Origin: an uncultured Gammaproteobacteria bacterium
GTDB taxonomy: Bacteria; Patescibacteriota; Patescibacteriia; Magasanikbacterales; UBA922
NCBI GenBank assembly: GCA_964597575.1
Contig: CAZQXB010000001.1
Span: 274,111-338,110, forward strand
DNA: 64,000 bases
Direction: 5' to 3'
Shown here one piece after another: positions 47,642-56,526 of this stretch. Below the pieces are notes generated by a model. That model saw nothing but the letters and a program-made list of their open reading frames with translations, was not told the origin of the DNA and searched no databases. Every line of letters begins with the position of its first letter. Position 1 is the first letter of the stretch. Both the position numbers and the translations under genes were made by a program.

Positions 47642-49447
47642 ATGCTATACTACGAACACTATTTTGTTATCTGTATGTACCGAACACACACCTGCGGAGC
47701 CTTGCGCAAAGAAGAGGTAGGTCAGTCAGTAACGATATCGGGCTGGGTTCATAAACGTCGCGATTTAGGCGGTCTTATTTTTGTTGATTTGCGTGATCGG
47801 TACGGCATGACCCAGGTAGTATTTCACCCTGAAACAGTGAAAGATTTTACTATTGCTGAATCGCTCAAATACGAATACGTTATCCGAATTGAAGGGGAGG
47901 TTATGCTCCGCGATGAGAAAGCCATTAACCGAGATTTGGTTACGGGAGAAATTGAAGTGCGTGCAAAAACAGTTGAAATTTTGAGCCGTGCTAAAGCCAT
48001 GCCATTTGAAATTTTTGATGCTGGCAAAGGCGAAGAAGATGAAGAGATTCGTTTGAAGTATCGTTTCCTTGAACTTCGCCGTGAGAAATTAAAAAATAAT
48101 ATCTTGTTTCGCGCGAAAATGATTAAACATATTCGCGAGTACATGGAGTCACGCAATTTTATTGATATTGCGACACCTATTTTAACGGTGTCTTCGCCAG
48201 AAGGTGCACGTGATTTTTTGGTGCCGAGCCGTATTCACCCAGGAAAATTTTATGCGCTTCCACAAGCGCCTCAGCAGTATAAACAGTTGCTCATGGTAGC
48301 TGGGTTTGATCGGTATTATCAAATTGCGCCATGTATGCGCGATGAAGACCCGCGGGCAGATCGCTCCCCGGGAGAGTTTTATCAGCTCGACTGTGAAACA
48401 TCATTTCTGACAAGAGAAGAATTTTTCCAACTCATGGAGCCGTTGTTTGTTGAGCTTACTGAAAAAGTGGCTGGCAAGAAAGTTCAAGAGAAGCCATTTC
48501 CTCGGATTAAATACCGTGAAGTCATGGAGACGTACGGAGTAGATCGCCCTGATTTACGTTTCGACATGAAAATTCAGAATGTCTCTGAGTGGGCCAAGAA
48601 GACATCGTTTAGTGTCTTTTCATCGGCTGAATTTGTACGAGCGCTCGTTGTGCCGGGCGGTGCTGCTTTATCCCGAAAAGACATTGATGGGGAATATAGC
48701 GATGTTGCCAGACGTGCGAAAGCAAAAGGTTTGGCGTGGCTCAAATTTCAAAATAATGCGTTTGAAGGAACTATTGCTAAGTTTTTTACCTCTGAAGAAT
48801 TTGCTGCGCTTCAAGCCGCCGTACAACCAGAAGAGGGAAGTATTGTCTTTTTTGTGGCAGACGCTTGGGAGGTATCGTGTAAAGCGCTTGGTGCAGTGCG
48901 TGCCTTTGCAGGAGAAAAAATGGGTTTGGCTGACCCGAACGTAATCGCTTGGGCTTGGGTCGTAGATTTTCCATTTTTTGAGTGGAACGAAGATGATAAG
49001 AAGGTAGACTTCGCGCACAACCCATTTTCCATGCCACAAGGTGGGCTCGAAGCACTGAATACCAAAGACCCGCTCACAATCGATGCCGACCAGTACGACA
49101 TTATTGCAAATGGGCTGGAATTATCGAGTGGAGCTGTGCGTAATAAAGATCCAGAAGTGATGTATCGTGCCTTTGAAATCGCGGGCTACGATCGTTCTGT
49201 GGTCGATAAAAAGTTTGGCCACATGATCGATGCGTTTGAATATGGCGCACCACCTCACTGCGGGTTTGCCCCGGGAATTGATCGCCTCGTTATGCTTCTC
49301 ACGGGCGAGAAAAATATTCGCGCAGTTGTTCCATTTCCAAAAAATCAACGAGCAGAAGAACCAATGATGGGAAGCCCAAGTGAAGTCAGTGATAAACAAT
49401 TAAAAGACTTACATATTCGTGTTGCTGCTGACGGTCCACGTACGTAA
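47642..49447 (+). CDS. aspS: Aspartyl-tRNA synthetase (bacterial type)
   Basis: GWVHKRRDLGGLIFVDLRDRYG and class II motifs. Start at the ATG with AAGGAG 5 nt upstream; alternative start at 47675. Confidence 0.9.
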   Translation: MLYYEHYFVICMYRTHTCGALRKEEVGQSVTISGWVHKRRDLGGLIFVDLRDRYGMTQVVFHPETVKDFTIAESLKYEYVIRIEGEVMLRDEKAINRDLVTGEIEVRAKTVEILSRAKAMPFEIFDAGKGEEDEEIRLKYRFLELRREKLKNNILFRAKMIKHIREYMESRNFIDIATPILTVSSPEGARDFLVPSRIHPGKFYALPQAPQQYKQLLMVAGFDRYYQIAPCMRDEDPRADRSPGEFYQLDCETSFLTREEFFQLMEPLFVELTEKVAGKKVQEKPFPRIKYREVMETYGVDRPDLRFDMKIQNVSEWAKKTSFSVFSSAEFVRALVVPGGAALSRKDIDGEYSDVARRAKAKGLAWLKFQNNAFEGTIAKFFTSEEFAALQAAVQPEEGSIVFFVADAWEVSCKALGAVRAFAGEKMGLADPNVIAWAWVVDFPFFEWNEDDKKVDFAHNPFSMPQGGLEALNTKDPLTIDADQYDIIANGLELSSGAVRNKDPEVMYRAFEIAGYDRSVVDKKFGHMIDAFEYGAPPHCGFAPGIDRLVMLLTGEKNIRAVVPFPKNQRAEEPMMGSPSEVSDKQLKDLHIRVAADGPRT

Positions 49448-49451
49448 CCCT

Positions 49452-50144
49452 ATGACCATTGCCTTCCAGCTTGGGCAATTCAGTGGACCGCTTGATCTTC
49501 TTCTCTCGCTTCTCTCTGAGGAGAGGTTGTCGATTAATGATGTTTCGCTTTCAGCTGTCACGGAACAGTACTTGCGCTACTTAGATTCTTTGGAGGAACG
49601 AAATGCCGATGAGTTGGCCGACTTCTTGGTGGTCGCTGCAAAATTACTGTTGCTAAAATCTAAAACCCTTTTACCTAATTTTCTTCCAGAAGAAGAGGAT
49701 GGAGGAAGTTTAGAAGCACAACTCAAGTTGTATAAACAGTTTGTTGATGCAAGTAAAAAAGTGCACAAGCTGTGGTTGAGCCCGTGGCGTAGCATTGGCC
49801 GAGAGCGCACGGTAAAGAAACCAGACGGGTTTGTGCCTCCAAGTAATGTAACCGCCGAGCGTTTGGTGATGGCAATGAAAAGTATCGTGAATCGGTTAGC
49901 CCCACCGAAACCTCTTCCGCAGACCCACATCGATAAATCTATTTCACTCAAAGAAAAGATTGATGCGATTCGTCGATTGGTTTCTTCAGGTCAGCGCCTG
50001 CTTTTCCATGAAATTTTAGAAAGTTCTCAAAACAAAACAGAAATTATTGTCAGCTTTCTCGCGATTCTCGAACTCATGAAACAGCAACAGATATTTTTAG
50101 AGCAAAGTGATTCTTTTAGTGATATCATGATCCTACCTGTATGA
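49452..50144 (+). CDS. scpA: Segregation and condensation protein A
   Basis: Typical ScpA N-terminus. Confidence 0.8.
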   Translation: MTIAFQLGQFSGPLDLLLSLLSEERLSINDVSLSAVTEQYLRYLDSLEERNADELADFLVVAAKLLLLKSKTLLPNFLPEEEDGGSLEAQLKLYKQFVDASKKVHKLWLSPWRSIGRERTVKKPDGFVPPSNVTAERLVMAMKSIVNRLAPPKPLPQTHIDKSISLKEKIDAIRRLVSSGQRLLFHEILESSQNKTEIIVSFLAILELMKQQQIFLEQSDSFSDIMILPV

Positions 50145-50692
50145 GTCTCATTCCCCAAATCGAAGCCATTTTATTTGTGGCGGGCGGTCCGGTCAGTGTT
50201 AAGGCCCTCGCAAAAGCACTCGGGAAGCAAGAACCGGATATTGCCGAAGCACTTGATAACGCTGCCAAAAAACACGAGACCACCGATTCCGGACTCGCAA
50301 TTTTGAGAACCGAGGACGGTGCACAGATGGTATCCCGGGCTTCTTTTGTGGAAATTGTTGATCAGTTTTCTCGTGATGAGGTTGCTGGTGAGTTAACGAA
50401 GGCGCAGCTTGAAACCCTCACGGTTATTGCGTATCGCGGGCCAATTACTCGCCCTGAACTTGAAGAGGTGCGTGGAGTAAACTGTGCTCTTATTTTGCGG
50501 AATTTGCTCATGCGTGGGCTTATTGAAGAAGGGGAAGATCCCGCGAAACTCGGTCGCGTGTACAGTATTTCAGCCGAAGCACTCCGTCATTTGGGAATTG
50601 TCAGCGTTCAAGATTTACCAGAATACGAAACGCTTCATGCTCATCCGCATATTGAACGCGTTCTTACTCAAGATACTTCCGATCCGTCATAG
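50141..50692 (+). CDS. scpB: Segregation and condensation protein B
   Basis: IEAILFVAGGPVS; winged-helix repeats. Confidence 0.8.
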   Translation: MSLIPQIEAILFVAGGPVSVKALAKALGKQEPDIAEALDNAAKKHETTDSGLAILRTEDGAQMVSRASFVEIVDQFSRDEVAGELTKAQLETLTVIAYRGPITRPELEEVRGVNCALILRNLLMRGLIEEGEDPAKLGRVYSISAEALRHLGIVSVQDLPEYETLHAHPHIERVLTQDTSDPS

Positions 50693-50695
50693 CTT

Positions 50696-51727
50696 ATGAA
50701 TACTCCGGCCCTGGAGGGCAGAGTGCAGAAAAGAAAAAAAGGAGTTGTTGGAGCAAGCCTCCTTTTTTTGGCTATACTTGCCCTTGGTCTTGGATTCTTT
50801 TTTGGTCTTGATGTGGTAAAAGCGCCTACAAAAACAGTAAACAAAGCGCCTCAGATTGATTTTTCTTTATCTGATGTTGCATCTCTTGCTGCGGCGCTTT
50901 TTGCTGAACGCAGTACGCCGGCAGTTGTGGTTGAGCCAGCAGTTCTTCCGCCACTTCGGGTAAGTGAAGGGGACTTGCCGACAACCAGTGCTCACGCCTT
51001 TCTCGTGCGTGATGTTTCTTCGGGCGCGTTCCTTCTGAATGGTGATGCCTATACACCATTTGCGATTGCAAGCATTACAAAGCTTATGAGTGCGCTCGTC
51101 CTTCTTGATACCAAAATTGATTGGGAGGCTACAGCCATTGTACCCGCAGATGAAGTGTCAGATAGCCATGTGCTTTCGGGGGAAGTGCAAACAAAAGCAT
51201 GGCTTTGGCAGGCAGGCCTAGTTGGATCATCAAATAAAGCCATTCTTGCGCTGGTTGATAGTAGTGGTTTAACGCGCGAAGCCTTTGTGGTTCGCATGAA
51301 CGAAAAGGCCCGTGTGCTCGGAATGTCTCGTGCTGTGTTTACCGATCCAACCGGGCTTGAGGTGGGGAATCAGGCGAGTGTGGCTGATGTTTCGACGTTA
51401 CTCGATGCTGCCATGAAACAAGGAGAAATTCGCTCAGCCCTTATGACCCCGTCGTACGATATTGTTCGGGGTGGAAAAAAAGTGTCAACGGTTTGGAGTA
51501 CGAACTGGCTTATGCTTGGCTGGGTGCCGCATACATTTGCAAGTGTGATTGGTGGAAAAACAGGATACATTCCAGAATCTGGATATAACGTATCGCTTCG
51601 TATTAAAAATGAAGATGATCGTGAAATTGATGTGGTGGTGCTTGGATCAAGCTCGACCGAATCACGATTTACTGATGCGAAAAGTTTGGCCGAGTGGGTT
51701 TTTGCACATTACGAGTGGAAGGAATAG
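50696..51727 (+). CDS. D-alanyl-D-alanine carboxypeptidase (S11, PBP5-like)
   Basis: Signal/TM region; SITK (SxxK), SSN (SxN) and KTG motifs. Confidence 0.85.
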   Translation: MNTPALEGRVQKRKKGVVGASLLFLAILALGLGFFFGLDVVKAPTKTVNKAPQIDFSLSDVASLAAALFAERSTPAVVVEPAVLPPLRVSEGDLPTTSAHAFLVRDVSSGAFLLNGDAYTPFAIASITKLMSALVLLDTKIDWEATAIVPADEVSDSHVLSGEVQTKAWLWQAGLVGSSNKAILALVDSSGLTREAFVVRMNEKARVLGMSRAVFTDPTGLEVGNQASVADVSTLLDAAMKQGEIRSALMTPSYDIVRGGKKVSTVWSTNWLMLGWVPHTFASVIGGKTGYIPESGYNVSLRIKNEDDREIDVVVLGSSSTESRFTDAKSLAEWVFAHYEWKE

Positions 51728-51740
51728 GAGATATAAAACA

Positions 51741-51770
51741 AAAACAGCCAATTGATGCGGCTGTTTTTGT
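51741..51770 (+). terminator. Terminator after the carboxypeptidase gene
   Basis: aaacagcc-aattgatgc-ggctgttt then ttgt. Confidence 0.6.
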
Positions 51771-51853
51771 AAACTCTCTTTGAAAACAAACTCATGTTTA
51801 TTTTCACAGTGAAATTTTGGGCCAGAGCATTCGCGAAGGAATGTCTGGCCCGA
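51771..51853. repeat. 83-bp direct repeat copy 1 (3' of the island lipoprotein gene), containing palindrome TTTCACAGTGAAA and hairpin gggccaga/tctggccc
   Basis: Near-identical (about 96%) to 54399-54481. Confidence 0.85.
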
Positions 51854-51884
51854 TACCTACTGCAGGATTGCGAGTAGGGTGTGG

Positions 51885-53051
51885 CTACGGAGCCACGACG
51901 TTCAGGTAGCGGATGATCTGTCCCTCCATCCCGATTTCACTCGGTTGAAGCGGCTGACCGTTGCTCCAGAATCTGGTCCCTGTGAGCTGCGCAGCGTAGA
52001 TGGTGTCGGTGTGCCCTTGTCCCGGCTCGAGCCGGGCGATGTCCACCACGACGGTGAGCTGAATGGTTTCACCTCTCTCGACGGTCTGTACCTGTCCTTC
52101 TTTCGCGAGGGACATGATGCCATCCTGGTCGCTTCTCAGCATGCCGGTCCGCCGAACAAGCGGCGTCCTTTCAGACGTGAGCCCTTCGAGACCTCCGACA
52201 TGGAAACGACCATTCGTGATCACCGGATTGTCGCCCTGCCAGAGCGTCATGTTGCCGTTGCCGATCTGCCAGATGAAGTACTCGATGCCGCCGAACTGCA
52301 GCAGATCGCAGGCGGTGATGTTGAGCACCGCTACGAGCTCGTTCGTGACGCCCGTCGGTCCGAAGTAGTCGGGGAAACCCTGGTCTTGCGTGATCCAGAC
52401 TTTCCGGCCCGTCACCGAGCACGGATCGCTCGCCGGACGAACCACACGATATGTGTCGTGCGTGGCGTCGTTCCGGATGAGCCGCGCTGCCTTCCCATCC
52501 TCCGTGCGGGTTGCGCGGAGCATGTCTCTCATGAGCCGGACCGAGTAGATACCATCCTCCTCGGCCGTTATGGGAATCCGACCGTACAGGGTGAGTCGGA
52601 GCGTGCGCCTTTCGGGCACGTTCGTTACATCCTGCGCGAGAGGTACCGAGATGATCCCGCCGATCATCTCGAAGAGCTTCTCGTAGCTTCCGTCGTGCTC
52701 CACCTTGCGGAACACTTCGGTCATGTGCGGGATCTCGAGGAAGATCGGGCTGACGTCGACCGTATTGCAGGCCGTGATCTCGAGGGTGATGAGGCGGGCC
52801 TCCCACCCGCGGTTGTACGTCCGCAGATCGTCGGTGGTGACCACGTTGATGTCGTAGTCGCCGTCCGGACACTTCTGGTCGAGTCGCTCCTCGAGCGTGA
52901 GCTCGGGATCCTCCCCCGACGGCTCCCCCTGGGGGAACGTGACGTCCGGCAGATGGATGTTGACGGTCGGCGCCGGGGCCATGGGCTCCTCACCGCACGC
53001 GGCGATGATGCTGGCGAGCGCGATGCTCGCCAGCAGGTTGAACTTCTTCAT
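51885..53051 (-). CDS. Lipoprotein (388 aa), high-GC codon usage
   Basis: RBS gggaggaag. Signal peptide MKKFNLLASIALASIIAAC with lipobox. GC3-rich codons. Confidence 0.7.
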   Translation of the reverse strand: MKKFNLLASIALASIIAACGEEPMAPAPTVNIHLPDVTFPQGEPSGEDPELTLEERLDQKCPDGDYDINVVTTDDLRTYNRGWEARLITLEITACNTVDVSPIFLEIPHMTEVFRKVEHDGSYEKLFEMIGGIISVPLAQDVTNVPERRTLRLTLYGRIPITAEEDGIYSVRLMRDMLRATRTEDGKAARLIRNDATHDTYRVVRPASDPCSVTGRKVWITQDQGFPDYFGPTGVTNELVAVLNITACDLLQFGGIEYFIWQIGNGNMTLWQGDNPVITNGRFHVGGLEGLTSERTPLVRRTGMLRSDQDGIMSLAKEGQVQTVERGETIQLTVVVDIARLEPGQGHTDTIYAAQLTGTRFWSNGQPLQPSEIGMEGQIIRYLNVVAP

Positions 53052-53246
53052 GGTAACTTCCTCCCTGGAAGTATGGTGAGAATGGACGCGTGATTGCGCC
53101 AGTCTATATTTGGGTTTTTGATTCCCCTTCGAGAGAAGATACATCAGTGTCCCATATAGGGCCACGACGTACCCTCCTTCGAAGGAGAATATTGTAAAGA
53201 AATTGTTGTTCACTTGTAGAGACAGATCTCTATTTATGAACAAGAG

Positions 53247-53317
53247 AGTATATCATAAAATGGTGGTTTTGTCAAGAGGTAAAAGGTTATATTTCTCTTA
53301 TTTTAGGTAAATTATGA
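53247..53317 (-). promoter_or_regulatory. Island promoter 1 (TTGACA-17-TATACT on the minus strand) plus conserved upstream element
   Basis: -35 at 53270-53275, -10 at 53247-53252. Element tcttattttaggtaaattatga lies 21 bp beyond the -35. Confidence 0.6.
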
Positions 53318-53343
53318 CGTCTATGTTTGCCTTTAAAAAGTAA

Positions 53344-53381
53344 AACTTCCTCGTGTCGACCCGATGGGACAGGAGGAAGTA
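53344..53381 (-). terminator. Terminator for the 250-aa island gene
   Basis: cttcctc...gaggaag stem followed (minus strand) by ttttacttttt. Confidence 0.5.
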
Positions 53382-53438
53382 GGTGGGCGTAGTGCCCGGT
53401 AGGTAGGACCCCACATCACTCCGGAGAGTGGAAAGAGG

Positions 53439-54191
53439 TTATGACTTGGTTCCAGAGAGAGTATCGAAGAATTTGCCTAGGCCCAAGTAGACCCGGTACT
53501 TCTTCTTATCCGGCTCCCTCGGACCGTAGAACAGACCCTCGTCGTTGAGGTACGGCTCTCCGTACATTACTCCCATGACCGGTCTGTAGTATGGGCGCCA
53601 ACACTCGGGATCGCGCTCGCCTGCTTGTTGGGCGAAGAAGAAGATCCGGTTCGGCATCTTGCGCGTCCAATGGACTATCCCGTACGAGTCCTTCAGGTCA
53701 GGACGCTCTTGTTCCGGTCTCACTTCGAAACTCATCGAGGTGGAGGCTTCGAAGAGCTCTCGGAAGTCCGCGTGGGATGAGTTGAACGGGACATCCATTC
53801 CGGGGTTCAAAAGCCCCTCGGTGAACAGTCCTTGGTCCATTCGGAAACCGTGCATCCCACCTTCATCTTCTGGGACGTACCAGTTCCTTCTCATCGTGAG
53901 CTTAAGTTCTTTCGTGTGAAAGGCCTTTTGAGAGGCCTCGAGAAAGCTACCGCATTGAGCGCGGAACTCGTCGGGGGAGATCGGGATCGTGAACACCCCC
54001 ATCCTCTTTTTTCTTTCGAGGATGGCGAAGAAGTGGCTAGGTGAATCGCTGGTCAAATGTCCAGCATCCTCCTCGCTCTTCTCGGTCATCTCCCATCCCC
54101 AGAGCCTCTGCCTTTTCTTCGCCACCACGACCTGCGCGACCCGCTCTTCCTTAGAGAAGAAGTTCTTTGCGTCTTCATTGTTATTGGCCAT
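53439..54191 (-). CDS. Hypothetical cytoplasmic protein (250 aa), high-GC codon usage
   Basis: RBS ggagagggaag; no signal peptide; no recognisable motif. Confidence 0.55.
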   Translation of the reverse strand: MANNNEDAKNFFSKEERVAQVVVAKKRQRLWGWEMTEKSEEDAGHLTSDSPSHFFAILERKKRMGVFTIPISPDEFRAQCGSFLEASQKAFHTKELKLTMRRNWYVPEDEGGMHGFRMDQGLFTEGLLNPGMDVPFNSSHADFRELFEASTSMSFEVRPEQERPDLKDSYGIVHWTRKMPNRIFFFAQQAGERDPECWRPYYRPVMGVMYGEPYLNDEGLFYGPREPDKKKYRVYLGLGKFFDTLSGTKS

Positions 54192-54252
54192 CTGATCTTC
54201 CCTCTCCTTTTTGGGGTTGTTATGCTACCTTTGCTTTAAAAAGGTAACAAAA

Positions 54253-54326
54253 AATTATACTCCTTTTTTTTGGTTTTGTCAAGAGGTAAAAGGTTATATT
54301 TCTCTTATTTTAGATAAATTATATGA
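54253..54326 (-). promoter_or_regulatory. Island promoter 2 (TTGACA-17-TATAAT) plus conserved upstream element
   Basis: -35 at 54276-54281, -10 at 54253-54258. Element 54303-54326 lies 22 bp from the -35. 40 bp identical to promoter 1. Confidence 0.6.
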
Positions 54327-54398
54327 TTCATACGGGTCATAAAAATGAGAGCAAACAAAAACCACCAACCGGTGAAAAGGTTGGTGGTTAATATGAGC

Positions 54399-54481
54399 AA
54401 ACTCTCTTTGAAAACAAACTCATGTTTATTTTCACAGTGAAATTTGGGGCCAGAGCATTCGCGAACGAATGTCTGGCCCGA
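54399..54481. repeat. 83-bp direct repeat copy 2
   Basis: See copy 1. Confidence 0.85.
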
Positions 54482-54534
54482 ACCTGCCGGGGGAGTCTCG
54501 GTAGACTCTACCTAGGTAGGCGGGCAGGGTGCCC

Positions 54535-55128
54535 TTACTGATTCGACATGATGGTGTAGCTTCTCGTCGTGTTGCTGAACTCGACGATCGCCGGAGACCC
54601 ATCTGCGCGGAGCGCGTCGAATTCGACGAGCCTGACCTCTCGGGTAACGCCCGGTCGGATCCACGGATTGGTGTCCACGACGAACGTGAGCAGGTGGGGA
54701 CCATCTTCGACGAGAACGTCATCGTCATCTTCGTTGAGCGTCTCGCTCCACGAGATCACGAGGTTGTTCGACCCGTCATCGACGCGCTCGACGTCGCCGA
54801 GGTTCCTTCCATCGAAGGAGACCGCGACGATGTTCGAGATCGAGTCGTTGAAGAGGGTGCCGAGGAGAACCTCGGTGTACTCCACCGAAACGTCCTTGGA
54901 AGCCGGGTTCCACCGGAGCTCGAGGGTGACGGCGAAGGGTTCACCTGCCTCGACTTCGAGCCCATCGTTGATGGGGAACATGGTCACCGCCATGTCCGGG
55001 TCCGGTTGCGGTTCGCCCAGGTTCTTGATGTCGACCTCGCGGTAATCGAGGGGCGACAGATCCGTCCTCCCACATGCCGTGGAGAAGAGCGTGGGGAGCA
55101 AAGCGTAGCAGAGCAGTCGGTTGAACAT
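54535..55128 (-). CDS. Lipoprotein (197 aa), high-GC codon usage
   Basis: RBS aaggaggaag; signal peptide ending LFSTAC; acidic mature part. Confidence 0.65.
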   Translation of the reverse strand: MFNRLLCYALLPTLFSTACGRTDLSPLDYREVDIKNLGEPQPDPDMAVTMFPINDGLEVEAGEPFAVTLELRWNPASKDVSVEYTEVLLGTLFNDSISNIVAVSFDGRNLGDVERVDDGSNNLVISWSETLNEDDDDVLVEDGPHLLTFVVDTNPWIRPGVTREVRLVEFDALRADGSPAIVEFSNTTRSYTIMSNQ

Positions 55129-55334
55129 GGCAACTTCCTCCTTGGAAGTGTGTTAGAGTGGCGCTCCATGCGCCAATCTCTCTATCAAGGTTTGTATTTA
55201 TTCCCCTTCGAGTAAAGATACATCAGACGCTCCACCTGGGAACGCGACGTACCTGTATTCGAAGAGGAATGTGTCTATATAAAGAGCAAAAATGCTTCAC
55301 AGGTGGCTTTTTAGGCAAACACTGTGAACGGCAT

Positions 55335-55405
55335 AGTATAGCACAAAAACACTGTTTTGTCAATATGTGATTGGAAAAATTTGTCTTATTTTAGCTAAAT
55401 ATGAT
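55335..55405 (-). promoter_or_regulatory. Island promoter 3 (TTGACA-17-TATACT) plus conserved upstream element
   Basis: -35 at 55358-55363, -10 at 55335-55340. Element tcttattttagctaaatatga lies 22 bp from the -35. Confidence 0.6.
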
Positions 55406-55588
55406 GTGTATAAGTTTACAAAGTCTGCGTGAAAAATACCCATTGACTTTTTTCAAAGAATATGGTACAAATATATGTCGCTTTTTTGTATAAAAAATTT
55501 GAATAATGCGACATCAGTAACGTCACCAAAACTCAACTTGCATGGTGCAGGAAGAGGGATGGTGCAACAACTGAGGGAGACAAAAGAA

Positions 55589-56080
55589 ATGACGACCGAC
55601 AACTTGCTCAACAGCTTCAAGAGCGCGGGCATCGCGTTCGCGTATTCGGGATCTGCGATGTATCCGCAGATCCCCTCGGTCAAGGACGTGCTCTATGTCC
55701 TCAGGATCGAGGAGAAGCCGGACGTGTACCAGAGTGCCCTCGGGAACCACTACGACTATGTGAGCAACGTCGCTCTGGTCGTGTCCGCGGTCGCGTTCAA
55801 CGTGCTCGACGACATGCTCGATACGATGACGCGGGAGATGGTCGTGGCGCTCGCGATCATCGATCTGTGCCCGGACGAGGCCAGGTGTCTCTCCAATCCG
55901 CGGTACGCCGACGTGTTCCGGATCGTGAACCAGGATCCGTCGCTCGAGCCCGCGCTCGCGCCGGATGCGACGAGGGAGATACTCCAGGGGTTCTGCACCT
56001 GCCCCGCACACGGGAAGGCGGGTGCGGCGCAGGGCGGCGGCAGCGTCGCGGACCAGCACCGCGGCTGGAGCGCGAGCTGA
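55589..56080 (+). CDS. Hypothetical protein (about 163 aa; alternative start 55559), high-GC, divergent from lipoprotein gene 3
   Basis: RBS gagggag; GC3-rich codons; strong terminator downstream. The antisense ORF is Arg-rich junk. Confidence 0.55.
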   Translation: MTTDNLLNSFKSAGIAFAYSGSAMYPQIPSVKDVLYVLRIEEKPDVYQSALGNHYDYVSNVALVVSAVAFNVLDDMLDTMTREMVVALAIIDLCPDEARCLSNPRYADVFRIVNQDPSLEPALAPDATREILQGFCTCPAHGKAGAAQGGGSVADQHRGWSAS

Positions 56081-56106
56081 ACATGGCTCGGCGCTGAGTA
56101 TACATG

Positions 56107-56160
56107 TCCGGCAGGAAAATCGAACTTCGGTTCGACGAGTACTGCCGGGCTTTTTTAATT
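56107..56160 (+). terminator. Rho-independent terminator ending the island
   Basis: ccggcag...ctgccgg stem then gcttttttaatttgttttttt. Confidence 0.7.
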
Positions 56161-56358
56161 TGTTTTTTTGTTGGGAGGGGGATCTCACTCGTCGCTCATT
56201 TCATTCGCTCCTCTTGGGAAAGGGCTTCCGCCCCTTCCCAACCATCCCCCAGCAAAAGTGAAAACCTACCGGTTTTCAAGCTTTCCCCAGTTCGACCCAC
56301 CTCCTGCCCTGTCAAACAAATTATAAAACCAACCTGGTTAGGTCGGTTTTATTATTTG

Positions 56359-56442
56359 TGGGCGAGGAGGGGGTCGAACCCTCAAGACCTTGCGATCGCG
56401 GGATTTTGAGTCCCGTGCGTCTGCCAGTTCCGCCACTCGCCC
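56359..56442 (-). tRNA. tRNA-Leu (anticodon CAA), long variable arm
   Basis: Reverse complement GGGCGAGTGGCGGAACTGGCAGACGCACGGGACTCAAAATCCCG...GGTTCGACCCCCTCCTCGCCCA. Confidence 0.85.
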
Positions 56443-56526
56443 GTATTTGTACGAGCATAATACTCATTTTTGTCTTTTTTGTCAATTTTCGGTATACTTG
56501 TCTGAACAGTTCGGCTTCCTTGTTTT

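Noticed and set aside
51879-53093. 404-aa plus-strand ORF, plus the other long overlapping ORFs at 52171-52872, 54529-55215 and 55523-56188
   Set aside because: These are antisense frames of high-GC genes. They are Arg/Pro/His-rich with no RBS. The opposite-strand genes have RBSs, lipoprotein signal peptides, promoters and terminators.
51771-54481. Integron-like interpretation (83-bp repeats as attC sites)
   Set aside because: No intI integrase or attI is present. Each cassette has its own promoter and terminator, and only two repeat copies exist. This is left as a hypothesis only.
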